From the IMG/VR virus record IMGVR_UViG_3300045988_062151: DNA of 43,380 nt; one strand, 5' to 3'. The notes under the pieces were generated by a model that worked only from the letters and a program-made list of their open reading frames with translations, did not search any database and had not been told where the DNA came from. The stretch is from a virus. Of this stretch, positions 1-8,868 are shown in pieces. A program made the translations under genes and the position numbers. Each line of letters starts with the position of its first letter. Within the stretch, counting starts at the first letter, position 1.

Positions 1-172
1 ATGGGTCTACGGTAATGCACGGGTCTACGGTAATGCACGGGTCTACGGTGATGCACGGGTCTACGGTGATGCATGGGTCTACGGTAATGCACGGGTCTAC
101 GGTGATGCACGGGTCTACGGTAATGCACAGGTCTGCGGTAATGCATGGGTCTACGGTGATCTGGACTATGCA
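1..172 (+). repeat. 18-bp tandem repeat, units 12b-18 plus one degenerate unit (continuation of 43171..43380)
   Basis: ggtRatgcaYRggtctRc repeats head-to-tail with only 3-4 variable positions per unit. Confidence 0.95.
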
Positions 173-391
173 ACGGTTGGAGGTTTTGGCAGTGAGCAGC
201 GGACAACTACATTTTTCCGGAAGAAGGACGGAACGGTAGGCGTTAAATGTGGATGCTTTTACGGAACACTGGAAGAATTCAGGGGAAAAGTTAAGAAAAC
301 GCACAAAGACAGCAAATACGCACAGGAATACCTTATGATCGCAGATCTGATGGAATTACATTTTGCAGGAGGCTGTGATGGGAATGATTAA
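1..391 (+). CDS. Hexapeptide-repeat (beta-helix-like) protein, C-terminal part; the gene wraps across the window ends and joins 43024..43380
   Basis: Frame +2 is open from nt 2 to TAA 389-391. It has no start in the window, so it is absent from the ORF track. It reads (G-N/D-A-x-V-Y)n and then DLDYATVGGFGSEQ...KCGCFYGTLEEFRGKVKKTH. It is in frame with ATG 43024 once the 40-nt end duplication is removed (43342-43024=318). Confidence 0.7.
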   Translation, partial: WVYGNARVYGNARVYGDARVYGDAWVYGNARVYGDARVYGNAQVCGNAWVYGDLDYATVGGFGSEQRTTTFFRKKDGTVGVKCGCFYGTLEEFRGKVKKTHKDSKYAQEYLMIADLMELHFAGGCDGND

Positions 392-551
392 AACAAGTCT
401 GGAAGTGTGTAAAAGCTGTAAATACGGCTTATACAATGGCACGAACGGAGGAGTCATCTGTGATTACATAAGCGTAACAAAGCATAGTCGTAAATGTCCG
501 GTAGGGCAGTGCGATAAGTATGAGGCGAAGCGGAGAAAGAGAAAGGAATAA
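378..551 (+). CDS. Small Cys-rich protein (CxxC ... CPxGxC), unknown function
   Basis: Track ORF 363..551. I moved the start to ATG 378, which is preceded by AGGAGG at 367-372. Confidence 0.5.
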   Translation: MGMIKTSLEVCKSCKYGLYNGTNGGVICDYISVTKHSRKCPVGQCDKYEAKRRKRKE

Positions 552-553
552 AA

Positions 554-1084
554 ATGAGTATTATAGAATATGCAAAATCTGAACTTGACCGTATTCCGAA
601 AGATGAAGATGGAATGCAGGAAATGATGAATCACAACATTTTGGAGATTCTTGAAAAATTTGCAGATCAGGGGCACAGCGGTTTTTCTGCAAGCTATGCA
701 ATTAACGTCTTGGAAAGACTGATGAGGTGGAAGCCTATTAGCCCACTGACAGGCGAAGAAGATGAATGGATTACAGTAAATGAATCAACAAAGCAGAACA
801 AGAGATGCTCTGGTGTATTTCTTAAGCAGGATGGAACGGCATATGACATTGATGGAATCATAGTAAGTGACAATGGAGGAATTACTTGGTTTTCAAGCGG
901 AAGATTCCGGAAAGAAATCACATTCCCATATATGCCACCTATCCATCCGGAGAAAGTGTATATCGAGTATACGGAGGATGTGCCGCCGGGATTTACCGGA
1001 GATAAATATGACATCATTACTGACGATAAAGAGCGGATCAAGGCGTTGTATGAGAGAAAAAGAAAAGAGTTTGACGGAGAGTAA
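554..1084 (+). CDS. Hypothetical phage protein
   Basis: 176-aa ORF tightly packed after the upstream gene, with coding-like composition. No motif recognised. Confidence 0.6.
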   Translation: MSIIEYAKSELDRIPKDEDGMQEMMNHNILEILEKFADQGHSGFSASYAINVLERLMRWKPISPLTGEEDEWITVNESTKQNKRCSGVFLKQDGTAYDIDGIIVSDNGGITWFSSGRFRKEITFPYMPPIHPEKVYIEYTEDVPPGFTGDKYDIITDDKERIKALYERKRKEFDGE

Positions 1085-1143
1085 ATAATCGAAAGGAGCC
1101 GAGACTCTGTCCAGAGTGAAGCATATGCGGTCTCCTTTGGAAT

Positions 1144-1839
1144 ATGTTAGATTTCGGATATTACAACATGGATTGTATGGCTGGGATGGCAGAGTTCCCG
1201 GACAAATATTTTGATCTTGCAGTCGTTGACCCGCCTTATTTTTCTGGACCGGAACGCAGAGGATTCTATGGGAGAAAAATATCTCCCATAGGCGTCCAGC
1301 GGATATATGAAAAATCAGAATGTTGGCAAGTGCCGGATGAAGATTACTTCAAAGAATTGTTCCGGGTATCAAATGAGCAGATCATCTGGGGATGCAATTA
1401 TTTTGAATACCAATTCGCACCGGGAAGAATTGTATGGGATAAGTGTAACGGCAATAGTGATTTTTCGGATTGTGAGATTGCTTACTGCAGTATGCATGAT
1501 TCTGTGAGATTGTTCCGGTACATGTGGAATGGGATGTTCCAGGGAAAATCCATAAGTGAAGGGCATATCCAGCAGGGAAACAAAAAATTGAACGAGAAGC
1601 GGATACATCCAACGCAGAAGCCGAAAGCTCTGTATGACTGGATTTTTGACAGATATGCAAAGCCAGGGCAGAAGCTATTAGATACTCACGTCGGAAGCGC
1701 AAGCAGCCTTATGGCAGCTCACGACGCAGGACTGCAGTATGTGGGATTTGAGAAGGATCCGCATTATTATGAACTGTCAAAAAAGAGGCTTGAACAGCAT
1801 GAGGCACAATTAAGTTTAAGTCAAATTAACTTAATTTAG
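1144..1839 (+). CDS. DNA methyltransferase (N6-adenine/N4-cytosine, beta-class, orphan)
   Basis: VVDPPYF (DPPY catalytic motif) lies near the N-terminus. HPTQKP and LLDTHVGSASS (AdoMet-binding-like) lie near the C-terminus, which is the N6_N4_Mtase motif order. No cognate nuclease is adjacent. Confidence 0.85.
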   Translation: MLDFGYYNMDCMAGMAEFPDKYFDLAVVDPPYFSGPERRGFYGRKISPIGVQRIYEKSECWQVPDEDYFKELFRVSNEQIIWGCNYFEYQFAPGRIVWDKCNGNSDFSDCEIAYCSMHDSVRLFRYMWNGMFQGKSISEGHIQQGNKKLNEKRIHPTQKPKALYDWIFDRYAKPGQKLLDTHVGSASSLMAAHDAGLQYVGFEKDPHYYELSKKRLEQHEAQLSLSQINLI

Positions 1840-1877
1840 CTCAATTTTAAGTCGACTGATGAGTTGGAGGATGGAAA

Positions 1878-2081
1878 ATGAAAGAACAGAGAACGTGGAT
1901 TCCTGTGAGTGAAAGATTGCCAAAACCAGAAGAAGAAGTCCTTGTAACGGCAGTGCGCCGGTACAAGGATATGGAATGCAAATATATGGACATATGGTGC
2001 AAGACAAGGGAAAAGGCAGATTTTGCAAAAATGGAAGCGTTTGACGAGGCAGAGAAAATCGTGAAAGGAGGAATAGTATGA
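1878..2081 (+). CDS. Hypothetical protein, DUF551-like N-terminus
   Basis: WIPVSERLPKPEEEVLV resembles the W..v.e.LP signature of DUF551 phage proteins. RBS GGAGG is upstream. The protein is short, possibly truncated. Confidence 0.45.
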   Translation: MKEQRTWIPVSERLPKPEEEVLVTAVRRYKDMECKYMDIWCKTREKADFAKMEAFDEAEKIVKGGIV

Positions 2082-2350
2082 GGCTGATTGATGCAGATCT
2101 GCTGATTGAGGGCAGAGTTGAGAATGATCCGGTAGTTATAGCTGCGAGATGCGCACCGACTGCCTACGATCTGGACAAGGTTGTGGAACAGTTGGAAGAA
2201 CGGACAACATTCCTGAAGGAATGCACAAAATATGGGAACAAGGATGCGGAACAGCAGGAAAAGTCATATGCCACCATGATGATGTATGAAGTTGCATACT
2301 TGGTAGATGATCTGCTGGAAATCGTGAAAGGAGGTGGAGTAGATGGTTAA
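2078..2350 (+). CDS. Hypothetical protein
   Basis: ATGA start/stop overlap with the upstream gene. RBS aaaggagg precedes the start. Confidence 0.55.
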   Translation: MRLIDADLLIEGRVENDPVVIAARCAPTAYDLDKVVEQLEERTTFLKECTKYGNKDAEQQEKSYATMMMYEVAYLVDDLLEIVKGGGVDG

Positions 2351-2570
2351 TTTTAGCGGATTCGATAGGGGTGTGATCGGGAAGCCGCTTCCGGCTGATT
2401 CTACGCTTAATAACATGAAAAAATACCAGCTGATCGAGCTATTGCATATTGCGGAGAGTAACCATAAGGTGCTGGTTGATGCCTATGACAATGCAGTTAA
2501 TACCAACAAGTGCAATAGCTGTCCAATTATGCAGGCGGCGAAAAAAATGAGGTGCGAAGATGAGGTTTGA
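2343..2570 (+). CDS. Hypothetical protein
   Basis: 75-aa ORF overlapping the upstream stop, with RBS aaaggaggtgg. Confidence 0.5.
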   Translation: MVNFSGFDRGVIGKPLPADSTLNNMKKYQLIELLHIAESNHKVLVDAYDNAVNTNKCNSCPIMQAAKKMRCEDEV

Positions 2571-2721
2571 CAGATTCGACTTTCTGGTTGATATACAAGA
2601 TGTATATATTCTTCCAACAATCAGAATAAGCACACAGTATGAAATGATTGATAAAAATTTCAACATTCAGATTCATTTTGCAGTATTTCATTTTAGATGG
2701 AGGTGGGTAGATGGCAATTAA
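2560..2721 (+). CDS. Small hypothetical protein (53 aa, below the ORF-track cutoff)
   Basis: ATG 2560 is preceded by GAGGTG. The ORF fills the otherwise empty 2570-2711 gap and overlaps both neighbours by a few nt. Confidence 0.4.
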   Translation: MRFDRFDFLVDIQDVYILPTIRISTQYEMIDKNFNIQIHFAVFHFRWRWVDGN

Positions 2722-3448
2722 ACAGATTCTGATGAGAACCGAAATGGTGAGAGCAATTCTGGACGGGCGGAAGACCTGCACACGGAGGATTGTGAAATCT
2801 ACACCATCTTTCTTTGAAGTGAATGAAAAACCGGTATATCTATATGACACGGAGCCATCAATGGGGAAAATTTATCCACCATGCCAGCCGGGAGATATCT
2901 TGTATGTCCGGGAAACATGGGGTATCAGCAATATGGACGATGAAAGCAAGATGGCCTATATAGTATATCGAGCATCTGAAGAGCAGGAAAACGAAGGCTG
3001 TCGAGAAGTGCATCTCCCAGATGAAAAATTTGAAAAGATGTATGAATCTATGGTGGAAAGTGAACCAGAATGGCGCCCATCCATCCACATGCCCAAAGAG
3101 GCAGCTCGTATCTGGCTGAAGGTTACGGATGTGAGGGTGGAGCGGTTGCAGGATATGACAGATGATGATGCAGAAGCAGAGGGAATGCCAGACAGCTTTG
3201 ATTATCCAGTTGATAAGGCATATTGCCCATTGTGCAAAGGGGAAGGAATAATCGGCACTGTAGATGTTCATTCGCTTGGACATATGGATGTTGACTGCCC
3301 GTACTGCGACAGCTACCGAAAGAGATTTGAAAATTTGTGGAACAGCATTAACCAAAAGTGCCTTGACTGCTACGGATGGGATGCAAACCCGTGGGTCTGG
3401 GTGATCGAGTTTGAGCGGTGTGAGAAACCGAAGGAGGTAGAAGAATGA
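2711..3448 (+). CDS. ASCH/PUA-like domain protein with a C-terminal double CxxC zinc ribbon
   Basis: The N-terminus LMRTEMVRAILDGRKTCTRR resembles the ASCH-type phage protein signature. CPLCKGEG...CPYCD lies near the C-terminus. Recognised from memory only. Confidence 0.4.
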   Translation: MAIKQILMRTEMVRAILDGRKTCTRRIVKSTPSFFEVNEKPVYLYDTEPSMGKIYPPCQPGDILYVRETWGISNMDDESKMAYIVYRASEEQENEGCREVHLPDEKFEKMYESMVESEPEWRPSIHMPKEAARIWLKVTDVRVERLQDMTDDDAEAEGMPDSFDYPVDKAYCPLCKGEGIIGTVDVHSLGHMDVDCPYCDSYRKRFENLWNSINQKCLDCYGWDANPWVWVIEFERCEKPKEVEE

Positions 3449-3696
3449 AATATACGATTGAGACAACGGAAGATGGATGGGTTGAAACGTTGGAGATCAG
3501 CGGTCATTCCTACGAGAAAAACTGGAAGAGGCGTAGCAGTGGTTGTTATCGGTGTGAAGAGGGAGATTTTACTGATCGCATAATTGCCGATGGATACGCA
3601 CCTGATTATTTGGGAGATGATCTGTATGAAGTTATTGATGAAAGCCCAAATGGGCTAGATATGCACAACTTAGTGCGTGATTATCTGGAGGAATGA
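3445..3696 (+). CDS. Hypothetical protein
   Basis: ATGA overlap with the upstream gene; acidic 83-aa ORF. Confidence 0.5.
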   Translation: MKYTIETTEDGWVETLEISGHSYEKNWKRRSSGCYRCEEGDFTDRIIADGYAPDYLGDDLYEVIDESPNGLDMHNLVRDYLEE

Positions 3697-4115
3697 CTAT
3701 GAAAGAGATTCTTTTCCGTGGTAAGCGGATTGATAACGGCGAGTGGGTAGAAGGTTATTATGTAAAAGCACTGGATATGTATGATAAGGAAATACATGTA
3801 ATTTTCGACACAACGGCAACTTTTTACTCATTTGGAGAAACATCTGGTTTTGAATTAGTTGACGCTGAAACAATCTGCCAGTGCACTGGATTGACCGATA
3901 AGTGTGGCAACAAGATCTGGGAAGGCGATATTATGCGAGAAATATATTGTCCGCATCATCCATACGAAGTTATTTGGGATGATGAACAAGGCGGATGGGC
4001 GTTAGGAATTGATCATGAGCCATTATATTACATTGGTAGCGAAAGCGGCGAGAAACACGAAGTAATAGGAAACGTATATGACAACCCGGAATTGTTGGAG
4101 AAAAGTAATGAATGA
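3693..4115 (+). CDS. YopX family protein
   Basis: The N-terminus ILFRGKRIDNGEWVEGYYV is the YopX-family hallmark as I recall it. Confidence 0.75.
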   Translation: MTMKEILFRGKRIDNGEWVEGYYVKALDMYDKEIHVIFDTTATFYSFGETSGFELVDAETICQCTGLTDKCGNKIWEGDIMREIYCPHHPYEVIWDDEQGGWALGIDHEPLYYIGSESGEKHEVIGNVYDNPELLEKSNE

Positions 4116-4620
4116 GAATGAAGTAGAAATCCTGTTGAGAGATATGCAGGAGTATCGTGAATTAACAAACCGTGTGAAAGCCATCTATGGAGATCAGATG
4201 ACTCTAAAAGATATGGTGGATGTAATGGAACGTATCATCCGGGAGCCGGGCAGAAAAGATCCTGTCAATGCCAGAATCCTTACATACGATGAAGCTGCCA
4301 TGTGGGATGAATACAGGAAAATCGGTACACCAGAAGAACTGAAAGCAGCATATAAGTATCTGCGACTGGTCAAGAAACATGGAACTGCAGGAAAAGCTAT
4401 TGATGCATGTGCAGAATATGAAGGAATCGGAACGGTGGAAGAATGCCGGGAAGCTATGGAGAAACAGAGAAGGAAGATTGTGAAAAATCAATATGGAACA
4501 AACTATGTTTTGAAAGCTGGATATTGCCCTGTATGTGGCTGCGGAGTTACAGCAAGATGGGATTATTGCCAGTGCTGCGGGCAGAAATTGGAGTGGGAGG
4601 AGACTGGAATTGAAGATTAA
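4108..4620 (+). CDS. Hypothetical protein with a C-terminal zinc ribbon
   Basis: Track ORF 4078..4620. I moved the start to ATG 4108 (GGAG 7 nt upstream). The C-terminus carries CPVCGC...CQCCGQKL. Confidence 0.55.
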   Translation: MNENEVEILLRDMQEYRELTNRVKAIYGDQMTLKDMVDVMERIIREPGRKDPVNARILTYDEAAMWDEYRKIGTPEELKAAYKYLRLVKKHGTAGKAIDACAEYEGIGTVEECREAMEKQRRKIVKNQYGTNYVLKAGYCPVCGCGVTARWDYCQCCGQKLEWEETGIED

Positions 4621-4930
4621 AGAGAAAATCAGGAAAGCAATTATAACTTACGCATTAGAGCATTACCCTAATGAGTTTCTTACACAGCCTAAAAATGTAC
4701 GGCGTGATACAGTTCGGGTAGAGACCGTGCAGGCAGTGACCGAAATGCCGAATGAAGTGTTCAAAAGTGATGAATACGTTATGTCAGAATGGCAAAAAAG
4801 AATTGTAATGGCAGAACTTACAGAAGCTCTTAAAGACTACATTACCATAACAGAATACGACGAGTTTAGAAAAGAAGGAAGAAAGAGGATTTTCAAAGCA
4901 AGTTTGAAGGTGGTGAGCGAAAAATGGTAG
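4610..4930 (+). CDS. Hypothetical protein (start uncertain)
   Basis: Track ORF 4535..4930 would overlap the upstream gene by 86 nt. TTG 4610 is preceded by GGGAGGAG at 4595-4602. Confidence 0.45.
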   Translation: MKIKEKIRKAIITYALEHYPNEFLTQPKNVRRDTVRVETVQAVTEMPNEVFKSDEYVMSEWQKRIVMAELTEALKDYITITEYDEFRKEGRKRIFKASLKVVSEKW

Positions 4931-5076
4931 ACAATACAAAGGAAGAGAAATACAGAGACTGGGACATCTGCGAGGAATGCGGACTGAACGGAGATGATAC
5001 CTGGGAGGATGAAAATGGAAATCAGGTATCGAATTGCCCATACTGCCCATATAACGGGAAAGACCCGTGGATGTAA
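4924..5076 (+). CDS. Small zinc-ribbon-like protein (50 aa; CEEC...CPYC)
   Basis: ATG 4924 overlaps the upstream stop. Two CxxC pairs are present. Below the ORF-track cutoff. Confidence 0.4.
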   Translation: MVDNTKEEKYRDWDICEECGLNGDDTWEDENGNQVSNCPYCPYNGKDPWM

Positions 5077-5171
5077 GGAGGGAAAAATGGGAAATGTGTT
5101 ACTGACAATTATTGTATTGGAACTGCTGGCTATATTCTCTAAGTTGGATGAACGAACGGGAGGAAAAAGGC

Positions 5172-5474
5172 ATGAGGACCAGGGAAATGACGTTACGGGA
5201 TCACGGAATGTGGCCGGAGGACGAGGAGAAGATCTATAAGTACTGCCGTAAGCTGAGCCAGGAGGAGGCGCTGGAGCTGTTTCAATGTTGCATCTCCTCG
5301 GCATATGGGATAGAGGTGGCCGTATATGACAGTATGACGACAGGGGCCGGGTACAAGACGCAGATCAACAGGGGGAGGTACATCCCGGTCAAAGCGGATG
5401 ACTTTTATGCATATCGGCGGAAGACAGCGGAGCAATTCTACCGGTTTTTACGGATGCATGGGAAGATGTGTTGA
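5172..5474 (+). CDS. Hypothetical protein
   Basis: Track ORF 5112..5474. ATG 5172 is preceded by GGGAGG at 5158-5163. Confidence 0.5.
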   Translation: MRTREMTLRDHGMWPEDEEKIYKYCRKLSQEEALELFQCCISSAYGIEVAVYDSMTTGAGYKTQINRGRYIPVKADDFYAYRRKTAEQFYRFLRMHGKMC

Positions 5475-5510
5475 CGGAGAGAGAAGAAAAAGGGGTGATA
5501 ATGTAATAAG

Positions 5511-5771
5511 ATGAGAAATCTCAATCAGATCATGAGGAAGTTGCAGAGAGCACTGCTCACAAAGCGGCTCCAGGTGAAGATAGACACACATCAGTTTTAC
5601 AGTGCCGAGCAGAAACGGATGATAACCGTGTATACCTTGACCACACCTACACTGGGGATGGTGAGAGGGGAATGGAAAACTAGGGATTATGAGATCATGC
5701 ACACGGCATCGCAATTCGATGTGGTGATGGCCTTGAAGGAGATTTGGGAAGCACTGGAAGACTGGGAATGA
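5511..5771 (+). CDS. Hypothetical protein
   Basis: 86-aa ORF immediately upstream of the terminase gene. Confidence 0.5.
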   Translation: MRNLNQIMRKLQRALLTKRLQVKIDTHQFYSAEQKRMITVYTLTTPTLGMVRGEWKTRDYEIMHTASQFDVVMALKEIWEALEDWE

Positions 5772-5787
5772 TGGCAGGTGGTGATGA

Positions 5788-7422
5788 ATGGCTGAGCTTA
5801 CGCCGAAACAGAAAGCGTTTGCGGATGAATACATAAAAAATGGCGGAAATGCATCTGACGCCGCAAGAAAAGCCGGATATTCAAAAAAATATGCGGGGAA
5901 TAATGCCCAAAAAGTACTAAAAAACACTAATGTTTCTAGGTACGTGGCTGAAAAGCAATCTCAAATTGAAAAAATAAAAGGCACGGACATTATGTCTTTG
6001 GCGGAAATCCAGCAACGACGCACTGTGATCGCAAGAGGAGAGGCGAAAGACTCATTTGGATTCACCCCGGAATTTTCTGTACAGCTGAAATCCATGAATG
6101 ATCTGGAAAAGGCTCTCACCATCAAAGAACAAAAGGAAGCGCGGCAAAAAGCAGAAGAAGCGGCCAGAATGGCAGAAGAGTATCACCTTGATCTCGATAT
6201 CATTGCCGATGTGTTCCACCCAATGGTCAGAGACATCCGGCGAGGGATGCACACAGAATATGTTTTACCCGGAGGGCGAGGCAGTACCAAGTCTTCCGGG
6301 ATTTCGTGCATTATCATCGAACTGCTAAAAAACAATTCAGATATGCATGCGCTTGTATTGCGTAAGGTCGGCAACACCATCAAGGATTCAGTGTATGCAC
6401 AGATCAAGTGGGCAATAGCCAAGATGGGTCTGGACGCAGAGTTCAAATTCAAAACCTCTCCTTTTGAGATAACTTACAAACCAACAGGGCAAAAGATCTA
6501 TTTCCGTGGAGCCGATGATCCGCTGAAAATCAAATCTATTAAGCCAGAGTTTGGATATATCGGTATCGTATGGTTTGAGGAACTTGACCAGTTTGCTGGT
6601 CCGGAAGAGATACGAAACATTCAGCAGTCGGCTATCCGAGGCGGTGACAAGGCGTACAGATTTAAGTCATTCAACCCACCGAGAAGTAAGAACAACTGGG
6701 CGAATGAGTACACAGAGGAAGCACAGGAAAAAGATCCGGATGCACTGGTAACGCATAGTACATATAAGGACGTTCCAAAGGACTGGCTGGGCGAGCAGTT
6801 CATCAATGACGCGGAACACCTGAAAGAGGTCAACCCGGCGGCGTATGATAATGAATACATGGGCGAAGCCAATGGAAATGGTGGTAATGTATTCGAATTC
6901 ATCGAGGAGCGAGAAATCACGGATGAAGAGATCGCCAGCTTCGATAGAATCTATCAGGGTGTAGACTGGGGATGGTTCCCGGATCCGTTTGCTTTTGTCC
7001 GTATCTATTATGATGCGGCCAGAGAGACCTTGTATTTCCTTGACGAACACAGAGCAAATAAGACAAGAAACAGTGATACGGCAGCAGAAATCAAGCGGCG
7101 CGGGTATGACGATTATGTAATCACCTGCGACAGCGCGGACAAAAAGTCAACCAGTGACTTCCGGGATGAAGGATTACCAGCTAGGGATGCGATCAAGGGA
7201 CCCGGAAGCGTGGAATACTCAATGAAGTGGCTCCAGGGGAAAAAGCTCGTCTTTGATCCGAGGCGGACACCGGAAGCACGGAAAGAGTTCAAAAAATATG
7301 AGTATGAGCGCGATAAGGATGGAAATATCATAAGTGGATACCCTGACAAGGATAACCATTTCATCGACGCGACCAGATATGCAACGGAGACATTATGGAG
7401 AAGAAGAGGTAACAGTGCATAA
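5788..7422 (+). CDS. Terminase, with a small-subunit-like HTH N-terminus fused to a PBSX-type large subunit
   Basis: Residues 1-60 (LTPKQKAFADEYIKNGGNASDAARKAGYS) look like a Terminase_2-type TerS. From about residue 150 there is a Walker A motif (PGGRGSTKSS) and a TerL-sized body. It is one uninterrupted 544-aa ORF. Confidence 0.85.
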   Translation: MAELTPKQKAFADEYIKNGGNASDAARKAGYSKKYAGNNAQKVLKNTNVSRYVAEKQSQIEKIKGTDIMSLAEIQQRRTVIARGEAKDSFGFTPEFSVQLKSMNDLEKALTIKEQKEARQKAEEAARMAEEYHLDLDIIADVFHPMVRDIRRGMHTEYVLPGGRGSTKSSGISCIIIELLKNNSDMHALVLRKVGNTIKDSVYAQIKWAIAKMGLDAEFKFKTSPFEITYKPTGQKIYFRGADDPLKIKSIKPEFGYIGIVWFEELDQFAGPEEIRNIQQSAIRGGDKAYRFKSFNPPRSKNNWANEYTEEAQEKDPDALVTHSTYKDVPKDWLGEQFINDAEHLKEVNPAAYDNEYMGEANGNGGNVFEFIEEREITDEEIASFDRIYQGVDWGWFPDPFAFVRIYYDAARETLYFLDEHRANKTRNSDTAAEIKRRGYDDYVITCDSADKKSTSDFRDEGLPARDAIKGPGSVEYSMKWLQGKKLVFDPRRTPEARKEFKKYEYERDKDGNIISGYPDKDNHFIDATRYATETLWRRRGNSA

Positions 7423-8867
7423 TGGGACTGATAGCAACAATTAAGAGGTGGTTCAGCATGATTTTCAAGAAACAGGCGGAAGAAGATTTCGCCGTAAACG
7501 TGATTTCTTCCCCAGAGATGGAGAGGATCATTAAGAATTGCTATGGAATATACGGAGGCAAGCCATATTGGGAAAGCGCGGAAAAGAGGATCAAGACGAT
7601 CAACTTTGCGAAGTCCATCTGCTCGGAAACGGCACGGCTGGCAACGCTGGCAATCGGAATTAAGATTGACGGGTCGGCAAGGGCAACATGGTTACAGCAG
7701 CAGATTGACGCTGTGTACTTCAAAATCCGGCACTGGGTGGAATATGGATGTGCATACGGTACAGTGTTTCTGAAGCCGAACGGTGAGAGCATCGACGTAT
7801 TCACGCCGGAGGATGTACTTCTGGTAGAGTATGATAACCTTGGAATCAAGGGGATCATATTCAAGGACAGTTATACGGAGAAAGACAGATATTACACACG
7901 GCTGGAATATCACAGATTCGTGGATCGGGAATATGATGGCCAGAAGGTGCGACCATATATTGTCAGTAACAAGGCATACGTCTCTAAATCCTCTGATTCA
8001 ATCGGTGATCCGATCTCCCTGGAGAAAACGAAGTGGAGTAATCTTCTGCCGGAGACTCCGCCGATTTTGAAAGCAGACGGAAGTCCTCTTGACGGTCCGC
8101 TGTTCGGTATGTTCCGGACACCTGCAGCAAACAATGTTGACATCAACACGCCGATGGGTCTCCCGATCTATGCAGAAGCCATTGAGGAGCTGCGGGATCT
8201 GGATGTGGCATACAGCCGGAATGCAGGAGAGATCTTCGACAGTGAAAAGATTATTTTGGCAGACGACCGGTTACTGATGCCACCTGGCGAGAAGATCGGA
8301 AAAATGACAACGGCGCAGAGACAGCGGACCGTTGAAGAGATGAAACTCCCGCACTATGTCAAGAATGTGTTCGGGAATGACGCGAAAGAGTTTTACGCGG
8401 AGATTAACCCGCAGCTTAACACGGACGTTAGGCTTGCGGGCATGAATGCCTTGCTGTCTCAGATCGGATACAAGGCAGGATTCAGCAACGGATATTTCGT
8501 ATTCAACGAGAAAACTGGCATGGTGACGGCTACGCAGGTAGAAGCAGACGACCGCCGGACAATCCAGCTGATTAAGGATGTCAGAGATAAGTTGGAAGAC
8601 TGCCTCAATGGTACGATCTATGCGCTGAATGTGTTTGCTGATCTGTATGGTCTGGCTCCGGTTGGTGCGTATGAAGTAACATACGACTTCGGAGACATTG
8701 TCTATTCGTATGAGGAAGACAAGCAGACGTGGTGGAAATATGTTGTGCAGGGATTGGTTCCGTTCTGGTATTATCTGACCAAGTTTGAAAATCTTTCAGA
8801 AGAAGAGGCAAAAGCTCTAGTCGAAGAGGCACAACCGAAAGAAAAGGGACTGTTTGAGGAGGAATAA
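7422..8867 (+). CDS. Portal protein (SPP1 gp6-like)
   Basis: 481 aa, with its start overlapping the terminase stop. Size and position are canonical. Confidence 0.7.
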   Translation: MGLIATIKRWFSMIFKKQAEEDFAVNVISSPEMERIIKNCYGIYGGKPYWESAEKRIKTINFAKSICSETARLATLAIGIKIDGSARATWLQQQIDAVYFKIRHWVEYGCAYGTVFLKPNGESIDVFTPEDVLLVEYDNLGIKGIIFKDSYTEKDRYYTRLEYHRFVDREYDGQKVRPYIVSNKAYVSKSSDSIGDPISLEKTKWSNLLPETPPILKADGSPLDGPLFGMFRTPAANNVDINTPMGLPIYAEAIEELRDLDVAYSRNAGEIFDSEKIILADDRLLMPPGEKIGKMTTAQRQRTVEEMKLPHYVKNVFGNDAKEFYAEINPQLNTDVRLAGMNALLSQIGYKAGFSNGYFVFNEKTGMVTATQVEADDRRTIQLIKDVRDKLEDCLNGTIYALNVFADLYGLAPVGAYEVTYDFGDIVYSYEEDKQTWWKYVVQGLVPFWYYLTKFENLSEEEAKALVEEAQPKEKGLFEEE

Positions 8868-8868
8868 A

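Noticed and set aside
15-239. Track ORF encoding MHGSTVMHGSTV... repeats, and its minus-strand counterpart 43163..43378 encoding HYRRPVHYRRPV...
   Set aside because: These are alternative frames or strands of the 18-bp tandem repeat. Only frame +2 connects a proper start (ATG 43024) and N-terminal domain to a unique C-terminal domain and stop (391).
2858-3466. 202-aa minus-strand ORF
   Set aside because: It is antisense to the ASCH-like gene in a uniformly + strand operon.
4994-5239. 81-aa track ORF
   Set aside because: It overlaps the better-supported small zinc-ribbon ORF (4924..5076) and the 5172..5474 gene, in other frames and without an RBS.
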